DNA of 64,000 nt from Candidatus Hodarchaeota archaeon. GTDB lineage: Archaea; Asgardarchaeota; Lokiarchaeia; Sigyniarchaeales; SOKP01. Where the stretch lies: the NCBI GenBank assembly GCA_048887225.1, contig JBHLJY010000004.1:96001-160000 (forward strand), in the 5' to 3' direction. The position numbers were made by a program, and so were the translations under genes. The notes under the pieces were generated by a model that ran no database searches, was not told the origin of the DNA, and saw only the letters and a program-made list of their open reading frames with translations. This document shows, piece by piece, positions 48,277 to 58,835 of this stretch; position 1 is the stretch's first letter, and every line of letters starts with the position of its first letter.

Positions 48277-49377
48277 TTAAACTAGACTCTCAATTCTTTT
48301 TTTAATACTTAAGGCACAAAATTCGCTCTTTTTTATAAATTTATTGTAGATAGGAAGTCTTTCTTTAAGTATATAATCTAATTTTTTACAAATTTGATTT
48401 ATATCATCAATTTGCGGCCAAGGCATATTAGGATTAATATAATCTATAGTGAATGGCGATATTCCTCCAAAATCATCAATGCCCATTTCAATAAAATCCT
48501 TTTCAAACCCAGAGATTAAATTTGGTGGAACTTGAACAGCAATTTCGTTTTCAAAAATTACTTTTGCTATACCAGTTATTTTCAACAAATCTTCAATCGA
48601 AAGTGTATTTTCTGGATGATATTTAATCCCCTTTTTATATACAAAATTTTGAAGTATAACTTCTTGGATATGGCCATAGTTCTCGTGTATTTTTTTAATT
48701 AAATATAGATCATTAACTCTATTTTCAAATGTTTCTCCAATTCCTAGTAATAATCCAGTAGTAAACGGAATTTTTAACTTGCCAGCATCTTCAATATGTC
48801 TTATTCTATTTTGAGGTAGCTTACCAAGAGAAAATTCGTGAACTCCTCCTTTCTTGAAAAGTTCCATACTCGTACTTTCCAACATTAATCCCATACTAGC
48901 GCTACAATTTTTTAAATCTTTTAAATCCTCGTAAGTAAGTAAACCTATATTAACATGTGGTAAAAGATTCAAATTCAATAACTTTTTACATATATCTTTA
49001 ATAAATTCTATATAATCGCTGCAATTTCTTTTATCTAATTCTTTTTTAACTTCTTCAAAACTATCAGGACGTTCTCCAGACATCAAAAGAGCTTCTTTAC
49101 AATTATACCTTAAAGCTTTCTGGATTAATTTTGTCAGTTGATCGTTATTCAATAATATTATATTTTCATTACTGTTTATTTTAGGCACTTTGTAGTTATA
49201 AAAACAATATCCGCAAAAGTTTTGACAATAATTAGAAAGAGAAATAGTAAAGTTCTTAGAGAAGGTGATTATGTTTTTCTCTTCTTTAGGGAGTTGTTCT
49301 TTAATCTCCTTTACTTTTTCTTTTAATTTTTTAATTGATAAACTGTTAAAATCATTTATATCTATTATTTTATTCAC
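48277..49377 (-). CDS. cofG: FO synthase subunit CofG
   Basis: ITFSKN...CQNFCGYC, LPHVNIG, SMGLMLE, PFTTGLLLGIGE, QEVILQNF, QVPPNL, DFGGISP. Confidence 0.92.
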   Translation of the reverse strand: MNKIIDINDFNSLSIKKLKEKVKEIKEQLPKEEKNIITFSKNFTISLSNYCQNFCGYCFYNYKVPKINSNENIILLNNDQLTKLIQKALRYNCKEALLMSGERPDSFEEVKKELDKRNCSDYIEFIKDICKKLLNLNLLPHVNIGLLTYEDLKDLKNCSASMGLMLESTSMELFKKGGVHEFSLGKLPQNRIRHIEDAGKLKIPFTTGLLLGIGETFENRVNDLYLIKKIHENYGHIQEVILQNFVYKKGIKYHPENTLSIEDLLKITGIAKVIFENEIAVQVPPNLISGFEKDFIEMGIDDFGGISPFTIDYINPNMPWPQIDDINQICKKLDYILKERLPIYNKFIKKSEFCALSIKKRIESLV

Positions 49378-50045
49378 TATTCGTATTTTTTATATTTTAA
49401 AATAACATAATTATCCCTATTAATAACACCAATTAAATTAAATCGTGGAGCGTGAACCATTTTATCGAAACCATCACCTTCAGCTAAACTGATAGCATTT
49501 TTTCCTCCTATAATCCAAGGCGCAATAGTTATTCTCATTTCATCTACTAAATTATTCTTAATAAAACTCCAATTTAAATTCCCTCCTCCTTCTAATAAAA
49601 TCGATTTTATACCTAAATCATATAAGAGGGGCATAAGGTTTACTATATCAACTTTGTTTCCTTTTCCTGATTGAATTATTTTTACGTTTTTGCCTTCAAA
49701 TTCTTTAATTTTTTCGGCAGGGGTATTTTCAGTTGTACATATAATTGTTGGATAGATTTCAGGTTGAAAATTAATTACATTTGAATCAATTGGTATAGAT
49801 AAATTGCTATCTATTACAATCCGATAATATCCGCTATGCTCGTAAAATTTAATATGGAGTTTTGGATTATCCTTCAATATAGTTCCCTTTCCAACCATAA
49901 TTGCATCTACATTCGCACGAATTTTATGGACTTCTCGCCAATCTTTTTCATCGGATAGTTCAGGATCACCCGTCTTTGAAGCAATTTTACCATCAATCGT
50001 CATTGCTGCGCTTAAAATTACATAAGGTTTATTAACTTCTTTCAA
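49377..50045 (-). CDS. 2,5-diamino-6-ribosylamino-4(3H)-pyrimidinone 5'-phosphate reductase (archaeal Rib7/ArfC type)
   Basis: PYVILSAAMTIDGKIA, DAIMVG.GT...DNP.L, LLEGGGNLNWS; no deaminase domain. Confidence 0.88.
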   Translation of the reverse strand: MKEVNKPYVILSAAMTIDGKIASKTGDPELSDEKDWREVHKIRANVDAIMVGKGTILKDNPKLHIKFYEHSGYYRIVIDSNLSIPIDSNVINFQPEIYPTIICTTENTPAEKIKEFEGKNVKIIQSGKGNKVDIVNLMPLLYDLGIKSILLEGGGNLNWSFIKNNLVDEMRITIAPWIIGGKNAISLAEGDGFDKMVHAPRFNLIGVINRDNYVILKYKKYE

Positions 50046-51201
50046 ATACTAATTCTCCCTTTATATATGTTTTTTTTATATTTTCGGATTTTGTTCTTTG
50101 AGTGATTAAGTTAAAGATCTTATCATTATCTAAATTATATGAATAGAGATTAGGGTCATTCAGGTCAATCATAAAAAGATCGGCTGACTTACCTTCTGAG
50201 ATCGAGCCAAATTTATTTTCAATGTTGAAATTTTTTGCAGCGTTAATAGTTACCATTTTTAATAAATCTTTAGAGGTTAATTGGATATTTTTATCATAGC
50301 TACATAAGACTCTCGAAATTCTGTATAAATATCGCAATTCTTCAAATAAATCAGAATTATTAACCATTAAGTTATCTGTTCCTAGTGATATAGGAATTTC
50401 CAATCGCAAAATTTCTGTAATAGGAGGAAACCCCGATCCAAAATATCCATTACATCGGGGACATAGAATTAATGACTTTTTTCTCTTTTTTATTTTTTCT
50501 AAATCTTCTTTTATGAATTTAGTTCCATGGACTATTACATCAACAAGATCATCGCTAACCATACTTTTTATTAAATTAATATTACGATTGTTTTCAGCAC
50601 AATGACAAGCAATTATTTTTTTGAATTTGCGTTTAGAATCTATTATCCATTTTTTATTTGTTTCTGTTATTTGGTGATAACTTGCTAATCCAACTCCATC
50701 TGCTAGATCAAAAATAGATTCTATTTCACTCTCATCCTCGAATCGTCCTAAGATTAAATAATTTATGGGACTTTGCTTTAAAGCATTTTTCAAAACATTT
50801 ACACCATCAATCCCTCCTTCTCTAAAATCAATAAAATAAATGATTCCATTTGAGAGCATTTCTAAAGCAGCATTTTGAATACCTTTAATTTTAATATCTT
50901 CTGGAGTTTGTCTAAGTAGTTTATGCTTAAGACCAAAAGGAGGTGCTACAATCTCATGTAAATCTTTATTAAATCCCATTTCTTTAGCAAAATTGTCAGC
51001 AATATGGATATGAGAATTAATCAAGCCCGGTATCATTAAAAAATTTTTATTTTCAGGTGTAATATCTAATATTTTTCCCGGATTTTCAAAATCTATATTT
51101 AAAATTTTTCCTTCTTTATCGAATTCCAAATATACATTCTCTTTTAAGTCTAAATTTTCTCCTATGAGACCAAATTTGCTAAAAATTTGAGAACTAGGCA
51201 T
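50032..51201 (-). CDS. Amidohydrolase-family metal-dependent deaminase
   Basis: PGLINSHIH, DFREGG, CHCAE, VHGT, CPRCN, LGTDN, GKSADL. Confidence 0.85.
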   Translation of the reverse strand: MPSSQIFSKFGLIGENLDLKENVYLEFDKEGKILNIDFENPGKILDITPENKNFLMIPGLINSHIHIADNFAKEMGFNKDLHEIVAPPFGLKHKLLRQTPEDIKIKGIQNAALEMLSNGIIYFIDFREGGIDGVNVLKNALKQSPINYLILGRFEDESEIESIFDLADGVGLASYHQITETNKKWIIDSKRKFKKIIACHCAENNRNINLIKSMVSDDLVDVIVHGTKFIKEDLEKIKKRKKSLILCPRCNGYFGSGFPPITEILRLEIPISLGTDNLMVNNSDLFEELRYLYRISRVLCSYDKNIQLTSKDLLKMVTINAAKNFNIENKFGSISEGKSADLFMIDLNDPNLYSYNLDNDKIFNLITQRTKSENIKKTYIKGELVFERS

Positions 51202-51325
51202 TTATTACTTGAAGTTTTAAAGAGTGTATTAAAAAATAATATAATTTAATATTAAATTATAATTAATTAGAGCAAAAAAAAAATTAACTTATCTATATCG
51301 GTGGCACATTATTCCTGATTTCAAG

Positions 51326-52273
51326 ATGGATTTACAAAGTTCAAAACCTTCATCGATAGATTTACCACTTGATAAAGTTGGTATTGTAGGTCTAGAAAAA
51401 AAAGTTGAAATTGTACAAGAAAATAAAAAATATTCATTTTATCCTAGAATTTCTGCTTTAATTTCTCTTCCAGGGCAACAACGTGGAATCCATATGTCTA
51501 GAACCTCAGAGACTATCGAAGAAGTTATAAATGAAGTTATTTTTGATCCTACTCCTACTATTGAGTTTGTAGCCTATAGAATTGTAAAGAAATTGTTAGA
51601 GTATCATCACTACTCTAAAAAAGCAGAAGTGAAATTAGAAGGAAAAATCATTGTCCAACTCAGGGAAAGCGAAAAAAGAAATATCCAGAAAGCTTACAAT
51701 ATTAGTTCTTATGTAAGAGCAGAAAGAAAAGATTCTGGAGAAATTGACTATAATTATTATATCGGAGCAAGCGCTGTTGGCATAACTGTCTGTCCATGCG
51801 CTAAAGAAATGTCTCAAGAATATTCTGCAGAATTTATTAAAACTAGAAAAGATATCAACATTTCTGACGAAGACATTAAAAAATTGATTAACATTTTACC
51901 TTTTTCCTCACACAATCAGCGTTCTAGGGGAACCATTACTGTCCAAATTAAAGATTTAGAAAGTCATAAGATTGATGTTTTAGACATTATCGATATTATT
52001 GAAGAGAGTATGAGTGGTAAAATACAAAGTGTTTTAAAAAGACCAGAAGAAGCTGAATTAGTTAGAACTGCTCATCTTAAGCCATTGTTTTCTGAAGATG
52101 TTGTAAGAGAAATGGCTAAAAATTTTGTAGCGAAAAATTTTCCGAATTTAGAAGACGATTTTGAAATTGTATTCAAAATAGAATCAGAAGAATCAATCCA
52201 TCCTCATAATGTTTACGCTGAACTAAAAACTACCATAGGAAAGCTAAAAAGAAAAATTAAAAGCATAATTTAG
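51326..52273 (+). CDS. mptA: GTP cyclohydrolase MptA (FolE2 family)
   Basis: KVGIVG, QRGIHMSR, TVCPCA, SHNQRS, LKRPEE, PLFSEDVVR, ESIHPHN. Confidence 0.9.
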   Translation: MDLQSSKPSSIDLPLDKVGIVGLEKKVEIVQENKKYSFYPRISALISLPGQQRGIHMSRTSETIEEVINEVIFDPTPTIEFVAYRIVKKLLEYHHYSKKAEVKLEGKIIVQLRESEKRNIQKAYNISSYVRAERKDSGEIDYNYYIGASAVGITVCPCAKEMSQEYSAEFIKTRKDINISDEDIKKLINILPFSSHNQRSRGTITVQIKDLESHKIDVLDIIDIIEESMSGKIQSVLKRPEEAELVRTAHLKPLFSEDVVREMAKNFVAKNFPNLEDDFEIVFKIESEESIHPHNVYAELKTTIGKLKRKIKSII

Positions 52274-52280
52274 AATTCTC

Positions 52281-53321
52281 ATGGATATTCTTAAAGGGAT
52301 TGAAGGGGATTATATTGAAACAAAAGATAATTTATTTTTTGATGTAAAAGGTATTCTTCATCCAAAGGATCGAAAAATTTGCTTTATAAGATTTTATCCT
52401 CATTCAGATGGAGATAGAGTAAAAAATAAAAAAAGATATAAAAAAATCTATGATTTAAAAGAAAGATATGAGTTTTTAAAAAAAGAATATCCTAAATATC
52501 TCTTTTTCTCTCAACAACTTGATTTAGAATTACAAGGAGTGAAAAGTGAAGATATTAAAAAAATCTATGAGCCTAGGGAATATTTTAAGAAAATATCTGG
52601 TAAAACCAATTTATCTGTCATAGAAAAATGTTCAAAAGAGTTATGTGAATTATTTATTTCTAAAGGAGAAGTACCTAATAATTCAATAGGAATAACTGGC
52701 TCACCCATGATTGGTTTAAGTAAAGATAATTCTGATATTGATTTGATTATTTACGGCACGGATGTAAGCTTGAAATTCCAAGACAGATTGAAAGGTATAT
52801 TGAATTTACATGGAAATTGCCGGAAATATAATATGCAAGAATTTTATTCTCATTATAAATGGAGAGTTGGAGGTTCTGATATATCGTTTGACAATTTTAT
52901 ACAATATGAACAAAGAAAACTTCATCAAGGAATTTTTAAAGGTTTTGAATTTTTTATCCGATATATAAAAAGCCCTGAACACTGGCAAGGAAGTTTTTAT
53001 GACTATAAATATAAGAATTGCGGCAGAATTAAACTTAAGGCAAAAATCATAGATGATAGAGATTCGATATTTACTCCATGTTCATATATGATTAAAGTTA
53101 TTAAAATTCTTGAAACCGATTTCCCATTTAGCGAGTTAAAACCAGATGATATTTGCGAAATTAATTCTTTCAGAGGTAGATTCTGCGAACAAGCAAAAAA
53201 AGGAGAACAAGTGTTCGTACAAGGAAAATTAGAGAACGTCAATTTTCAAGATAAAAAGAATTATTTTCGAGTATTATTAAACGATCAAATCCAAGATAAG
53301 ATGCTTCTTTCAGATATATAA
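52281..53321 (+). CDS. Archaeal nucleotidyltransferase-domain protein
   Basis: FDVKGILHP, IGITGS...SDIDLIIYG, SFRGRFCEQA. Confidence 0.75.
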   Translation: MDILKGIEGDYIETKDNLFFDVKGILHPKDRKICFIRFYPHSDGDRVKNKKRYKKIYDLKERYEFLKKEYPKYLFFSQQLDLELQGVKSEDIKKIYEPREYFKKISGKTNLSVIEKCSKELCELFISKGEVPNNSIGITGSPMIGLSKDNSDIDLIIYGTDVSLKFQDRLKGILNLHGNCRKYNMQEFYSHYKWRVGGSDISFDNFIQYEQRKLHQGIFKGFEFFIRYIKSPEHWQGSFYDYKYKNCGRIKLKAKIIDDRDSIFTPCSYMIKVIKILETDFPFSELKPDDICEINSFRGRFCEQAKKGEQVFVQGKLENVNFQDKKNYFRVLLNDQIQDKMLLSDI

Positions 53322-53409
53322 TTTTCTTCCCCTTTTAATTGACACTTTTGATAATTTTATTCAATTATACTTATTTTTTATAATTCTTTTATAATTATTA
53401 GAGCTACTA

Positions 53410-54486
53410 ATGAAGAAGATTGATCGTTATAAAGAACTAGTTGATATCGATCCCGATGATGTTGATGCGTGGATCAATTTGGGTGATAGTTATTACGATG
53501 ATGCTAATTATACCAAAGCTTTAGAATGCTATGAAAAAGTAGTAGAACTTAATCCCTATTCAAGCGAGGCATGGAATAATATAGGACTTTCTCATTCTTA
53601 TAATGGAGATTATAAGAATGCCATTGAATCCTACAAAAAAGCTATAAAGCTTGAACCTGATGATGCGATAGCATATTATAATTTGGGATTCTCTTACGAA
53701 GATTTGGAAGAGTTCGATAAAGCAATTAAATATTACAATAAAGCTTTAGAATTAGATCCGAGTTATACCGATGTTTTGAATAATATTGCCTTGATATACT
53801 GGAATAGAAATATGCACGATGAGGCAATTCAATGTTATAAGAAGGCGCTAAAAATTGATCCTGACAATGTTCTTATTTTAAAGAATTTAGCACAAATTTA
53901 TTACGATAAAAATGATTACGATAATGTTATATTCTACTATAATTTAGCTCTTGAGTTAGACACTGATAATGCTGTGATCTGGAATGATCTTGGTAATGTA
54001 TATTACGAAATAAACGAGTTTAACGAGGCCATTAAATGCTATAAAAAAGCTCTGAAAAGTAATCCATACTATATCGAGGCGTGGAATGGTCTTGGGCTCT
54101 CTTATACTTTTAGTGAAAAATACGAAAAATCAATAGAGTGTTATAAAGAAGCCCTTAAACTTGACTCTAACGACGACGTTCTATATGATAACATTGGTTT
54201 TAGTTATAACAAACTAAAAATGTACGATAAGGCTATAAAATATTATAAAAAGTCTTTAGGACTAAATCCAGATTCTTCTACGGTTTGGAAAAGTTTAGCA
54301 ATCGTATATCATAACAGAGATGATTATGATAACGCGATTAGATGTTATAAAAAAGCTTTAGATTATCTACCTCATGATTACGAAATTTGGAACAAACTTG
54401 GCTATATATATGATTCTAGAAAAGAATTTAAAAAAGCTGAAGAGGCTTATAATGAAGCTTCGAAATGGAAATCCAAAGTTTCTTAA
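53410..54486 (+). CDS. Tetratricopeptide repeat protein (~10 TPRs)
   Basis: Regular 34-aa repeats AW.NLG..Y......AI..Y.KAL.L.P. Confidence 0.92.
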   Translation: MKKIDRYKELVDIDPDDVDAWINLGDSYYDDANYTKALECYEKVVELNPYSSEAWNNIGLSHSYNGDYKNAIESYKKAIKLEPDDAIAYYNLGFSYEDLEEFDKAIKYYNKALELDPSYTDVLNNIALIYWNRNMHDEAIQCYKKALKIDPDNVLILKNLAQIYYDKNDYDNVIFYYNLALELDTDNAVIWNDLGNVYYEINEFNEAIKCYKKALKSNPYYIEAWNGLGLSYTFSEKYEKSIECYKEALKLDSNDDVLYDNIGFSYNKLKMYDKAIKYYKKSLGLNPDSSTVWKSLAIVYHNRDDYDNAIRCYKKALDYLPHDYEIWNKLGYIYDSRKEFKKAEEAYNEASKWKSKVS

Positions 54487-54542
54487 ATTATTAATAAAAT
54501 TTGAATTAAACTTTTTATTATATCAAGATCTTTTACTAACTA

Positions 54543-55841
54543 ATGGACATTTTCAACGCTGATTTACATATTCACTCACCCAAATCAATTGCTGTGTCTA
54601 AGTCGTTAAATTTAGACACTATGTATAAAACCTGCAAAAAGAAAGGATTAAATATTCTAGGTACCGGTGATATATTACAACCACAATGGCTAAAATACAT
54701 GGAAAATAACCTTGAAAAAGATAAATATGGAGCTTTTCATTATAAAGATATTTATTTTATTTTACAGACTGAAATTGAAGATAAAGAAAGCATTCATGAA
54801 GTAGTTTTTTTTCCTGATTTTGATACGGTAAGAGAAATCCAAACAAAATTAAAACCCTATTCAAAAAATATACTAAATAAATGGGGTGGTCGACCAAGAG
54901 TAAATTTATCTCCTGCTGAGTTAGTTAATCTAACAATTGATTCAAATTGTTTAATAGGTCCCGCACATGCTTTCACACCTTTCAAAGCCATATTTAGACA
55001 AAATAAATTTAAAACTCTCAAGGATTGTTATCAGGATGCCGCTAAAAAGGTATCATTTATAGAATTAGGATTATCTGCAAATACTCCTCTTGCCGACCGA
55101 TTAGAATGTTTGAAAAATATTTCATTTTTGAGTAATTCTGACGCACATTCGGAAAATCCCCGTTCTTTAGGAAGAGAATTTAATAAATTTGATATTGATA
55201 ATCCATCACTTGAAGAAATTCGATTAGCACTTCAGAGAAAAAACAATAGAAAAATAACATTAAATGTAGGACTCCATCCTAAACTCGGTAAATATTACAA
55301 CATGTTCTGTAATAAATGCAGAAGAAGAATATTGTTTAATAAAGCGGATACAATTTTCAATCAATATTCTATTACTGAGAATTTTATCCTCTTTTTCACT
55401 AATGATCCTCAAAAAGCTAAAGAGGACTATATTATTCAGGTAGCAAAAGAAAAAATGATGTGTCCTGCTTGTAAAGTAACTTTAAAAAAAAATTCTAAAA
55501 TTAAATTGGGTGTAAGTGAAAGAATTGACATCATCTCATCTTACCAAAAGCCTCGACATCCTAACCATAGACCTCCTTATATTAATGCTATACCCCTTAT
55601 CGATATTATTCGTTCAGTAAAAAGCATTAAAAGTACTAATAGCAAAACAGTTTCAGATCTCTATGATAGAATTATAAAAGAACTTGGTACAGAATTTGAA
55701 ATATTACTTAATGTACCAATAAGTAGGATCGAAAAATTTGACGCAAAGATATCCTCTGTAATAAATGCCCTTAGAATTAAAGAGATTGAATACACTCCAG
55801 GGGGGGGAGGAAAATACGGACGTATAAAATTAGATTTATAA
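54543..55841 (+). CDS. PHP-domain endonuclease Q-like protein
   Basis: ADLHIHS, LGTGD, PAHAFTP, ELGLSA, SNSDAHS, LGREFN, LGKYY, CxxC pairs, KLGVSERI, PGGGGKYG. Confidence 0.85.
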   Translation: MDIFNADLHIHSPKSIAVSKSLNLDTMYKTCKKKGLNILGTGDILQPQWLKYMENNLEKDKYGAFHYKDIYFILQTEIEDKESIHEVVFFPDFDTVREIQTKLKPYSKNILNKWGGRPRVNLSPAELVNLTIDSNCLIGPAHAFTPFKAIFRQNKFKTLKDCYQDAAKKVSFIELGLSANTPLADRLECLKNISFLSNSDAHSENPRSLGREFNKFDIDNPSLEEIRLALQRKNNRKITLNVGLHPKLGKYYNMFCNKCRRRILFNKADTIFNQYSITENFILFFTNDPQKAKEDYIIQVAKEKMMCPACKVTLKKNSKIKLGVSERIDIISSYQKPRHPNHRPPYINAIPLIDIIRSVKSIKSTNSKTVSDLYDRIIKELGTEFEILLNVPISRIEKFDAKISSVINALRIKEIEYTPGGGGKYGRIKLDL

Positions 55842-55879
55842 AAATTATACCTAAGAAGAAAATATTTTAGTAGTTACAC

Positions 55880-56122
55880 TTAAATTTCAAAATCTAAATT
55901 TAAATTTAGTAGTTCGCCACACGAACAAACCATCCAATCAAATATCTTTAGCGAAACAATCATTTGCTCAATGTTTTTTTGATAAAATTGATTTTTAAAC
56001 GTTTTCTTATAATTACAATTAGGACAACTAAGGGTAGCTTTCACTTTAATTATGTTTTTTTCAAACTTCGATTTATTCTGAGACTCTTTGGTGTTTCCGG
56101 CTTGATTATAATCAATTTCCAA
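55880..56122 (-). CDS. Small zinc-finger protein
   Basis: CPNC...CSCG; GGGGT SD-like sequence upstream of TTG. Confidence 0.7.
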   Translation of the reverse strand: MEIDYNQAGNTKESQNKSKFEKNIIKVKATLSCPNCNYKKTFKNQFYQKNIEQMIVSLKIFDWMVCSCGELLNLNLDFEI

Positions 56123-56363
56123 AATACCGACCCCTTAGTAGTTAATATAATAGAGAAAACTTTGATTTATAAATCTATCTTCATTAAAGTTATAATTTGT
56201 TTAAGACAAAGACTTTGAATATTTAAAAATTTTCAACTTGGAAATAGAAAAAGTTTTCTGATTTTTCCTTCGCTAAATCGATAATATTTGCATATTACAT
56301 TCAAATATTATTCCAATATGATTTGCGTATTATGAGTATAAAATAATATTAGAGATAACAAAA

Positions 56364-57506
56364 TTGAAAGAAATTGATTTAAAAGATATATCAAACTTGT
56401 TCGAATTTTCAAGATCAGAACCAGCAATAAGCTCAAGATTTAAACAACTCCCTTATATAAAAGGGAATGTGATTTCGAATCAAATTTACGATAATGATGA
56501 TTACTTATCGAATTTATTAAAAATCTTAAAGGTTAAAACGCTAGTTGTTGGCGTTGGTGGAGCAGGTAATAATACCATTTCAAGGTTACAAGAAATGGGC
56601 TTAATGGGCACTGAAACTTTAAATATAAATACTGATGCTCACGATTTATATTATTCAAACGCAGAAAAAAAAATATTAATAGGCAAAGAACAATGTAATG
56701 GTCTGGGTTCGGGAAACAATCCTATTATTGGTTCGGAAGCTGCAGAAGAGGATGTTGATAGGCTCAATAAAATATTAAACGCAGATATAGTATTTTTAAC
56801 ATGTGGATTAGGCGGCGGTACAGGAACTGGAGCAGCACCTATTATTGCGAGAGAAGCAAAAAAGAATAATGCTTTGGTGGTGACATTTTGTTCAATGCCT
56901 TTCATGAGCGAAGGATCTCAAAGAAGACTAAGAGCAAAAATAGGTCTTAAAAAACTTGCTGAATATTCCGATTCTATTATTCCTTTACCCAACGATAATC
57001 TTCTTAAATTAATTCCTAATGCTCCTATTTTGACATGCTTCAAAGTAATGGACGAAGTTTTAGTAAGAAGCATAAGAGAGATTGTTAATCTCATTAATAC
57101 TTGCGGAATAATAAATATAGATTTTGCTGACGTAAGAAAAATATTTGAAAAAAGTAATGACTATCCTTCAGGATTAATTGGAATAACGGAAACTCTAGGA
57201 AAAGAAAAAGATATTATTCAAAAGTCAAAATTAGCCATACATAATCCCCTTTTAAAACCAGATACTAACGAGGTCGATCGTTGTTTGATATCAGTTTCAA
57301 GCGATCATAAATTATCATTGTCAAATATAGACAAAATAGTATCTACAATAACCAATGAGGTTCCTGAGGAAGCGAAAATAAAGTTTGGCGCAAATATGGA
57401 TCCTAATTTAGATGCTAAAATTAGAATTATGGTCTTAGGAAAAGGCCCAATCTCTCCCTATGTAAGGGCAGCTGTAAATTTAGAAGAAGATCTTCCATTT
57501 CAATGA
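56364..57506 (+). CDS. ftsZ: Cell division GTPase FtsZ
   Basis: VVGVGGAGNN, NTD, GLGSGNNP..G, GLGGGTGTG signature, INIDFADV T7 loop. Confidence 0.92.
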   Translation: MKEIDLKDISNLFEFSRSEPAISSRFKQLPYIKGNVISNQIYDNDDYLSNLLKILKVKTLVVGVGGAGNNTISRLQEMGLMGTETLNINTDAHDLYYSNAEKKILIGKEQCNGLGSGNNPIIGSEAAEEDVDRLNKILNADIVFLTCGLGGGTGTGAAPIIAREAKKNNALVVTFCSMPFMSEGSQRRLRAKIGLKKLAEYSDSIIPLPNDNLLKLIPNAPILTCFKVMDEVLVRSIREIVNLINTCGIINIDFADVRKIFEKSNDYPSGLIGITETLGKEKDIIQKSKLAIHNPLLKPDTNEVDRCLISVSSDHKLSLSNIDKIVSTITNEVPEEAKIKFGANMDPNLDAKIRIMVLGKGPISPYVRAAVNLEEDLPFQ

Positions 57507-57592
57507 AGATAAAGTTTTTAAGATAAACTTTTTTTCATTTACGCATTATTAAGAAATATATTTTAATGAAATAATTTAATGGAAGAAAAGAA

Positions 57593-58051
57593 ATGAATAA
57601 AAACCTAAAGAAAATGCCCGAAGAAGAGTTAAAAAAGGAAATTCGCGATTTTTTAAATAAAAGAAAAGTGTTAGTATTATGTACTTGTGCTAATAATATA
57701 CCACGTGCCACACCGATGGATTTTTATGTTGATAAAAAATCTGATGATTTTATTATTTATGTAGGTCCCGCTCCAGGCAGAAAGGTTCAAAATATCGAGG
57801 AAAATCCAATTGTGAGTATAGGTATTTATACACCATTGGACACTGGAAAGATACAAGGGATGCAAATTACGGCATCTAGTAAAGATAGATTGATTTTTTT
57901 AAGAAAAGGTGATAATGGATTCGATCACGCGCAAAAAATAGTCCGAGGGAAAAGAAAATTGTTATTAAAGATTATTCCAGAGAAAATCGAGTTGCTTGAT
58001 TATGATTTTATTAAAAACGGATACGCACGACTTCAATCTTTAGAATTATAA
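57593..58051 (+). CDS. Pyridoxamine 5'-phosphate oxidase-family (split barrel) protein
   Basis: LVLCTC...PRATPM, RKVQNIEENPIVSI, GMQITA. Confidence 0.75.
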   Translation: MNKNLKKMPEEELKKEIRDFLNKRKVLVLCTCANNIPRATPMDFYVDKKSDDFIIYVGPAPGRKVQNIEENPIVSIGIYTPLDTGKIQGMQITASSKDRLIFLRKGDNGFDHAQKIVRGKRKLLLKIIPEKIELLDYDFIKNGYARLQSLEL

Positions 58052-58102
58052 TATCATAAATAAATAAGAAAAATAAATATGGAACTTTTATAGCAAAAAT
58101 AA

Positions 58103-58681
58103 TTACGCAAAGGCTCCGTATATCGAATGTAATTTTTCAGCTAGTGTTGTAAATGCTTCGTTTACGCCTGCTCCTGACAAGGCACTAGTTAAATAATAAC
58201 CAAGAAAATTCCATCCTCTGACCATTTTTTCAATATTGTAGTTTGATTTAGGGTAATCTTTGTTTTGAACTAAATTATCGATATCTTGAATTAAATCGAT
58301 TTTATTTCCAAATAGAATTATAGGCAGAAAGCCGCAATGTTTCTTGATATCTACTAACCATTTAGATATATTTTGAAAACTTAAATTTCCCTGCTCATTT
58401 GCTTCGTGAGAGAAAACTATAATACATGCTCTACTCCCTCTATAGAAACCCGCACGAAGCTGGGCAAAAGATTCTTGACCTGCAATGTCCCAAAAAACTA
58501 ATTCTATGGGAGTTCCTTGAACTACTGTTTCATGTTTGGTGAACTGCGCACCAAGCGTCATAATGTATTCTTCTTTAAACTCGCCTTTGGTATATTTTCT
58601 AATCAGAGATGTTTTTCCTACAGCCCCATCACCTATTACAGTCACTTTAAAAACAAATCCTCTCTTGTCTTCATCATTCAT
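58103..58681 (-). CDS. Rab-like small GTPase
   Basis: FKVTVIGDGAVGKTSL (G1), YIMTLG (G2), WDIAGQE (G3), NKIDL (G4), TSAL (G5). Confidence 0.93.
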   Translation of the reverse strand: MNDEDKRGFVFKVTVIGDGAVGKTSLIRKYTKGEFKEEYIMTLGAQFTKHETVVQGTPIELVFWDIAGQESFAQLRAGFYRGSRACIIVFSHEANEQGNLSFQNISKWLVDIKKHCGFLPIILFGNKIDLIQDIDNLVQNKDYPKSNYNIEKMVRGWNFLGYYLTSALSGAGVNEAFTTLAEKLHSIYGAFA

Positions 58682-58835
58682 GATAAAATTTCTTATTTTT
58701 TTTTTATATTCTTGCCTAAATAGTAATAAAAAAATATTTTAAATCTTTACAAAAAGATAGATACAATGAGTTGTTAAAAATAAAATACGGAGAATGTTTA
58801 TTTTAATATATATCGTCAAATGATAATTTACTAAC

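Noticed and set aside
53410-54486. Periodic DNA similarity within the gene
   Set aside because: Explained by ordinary 34-aa TPR repeats.
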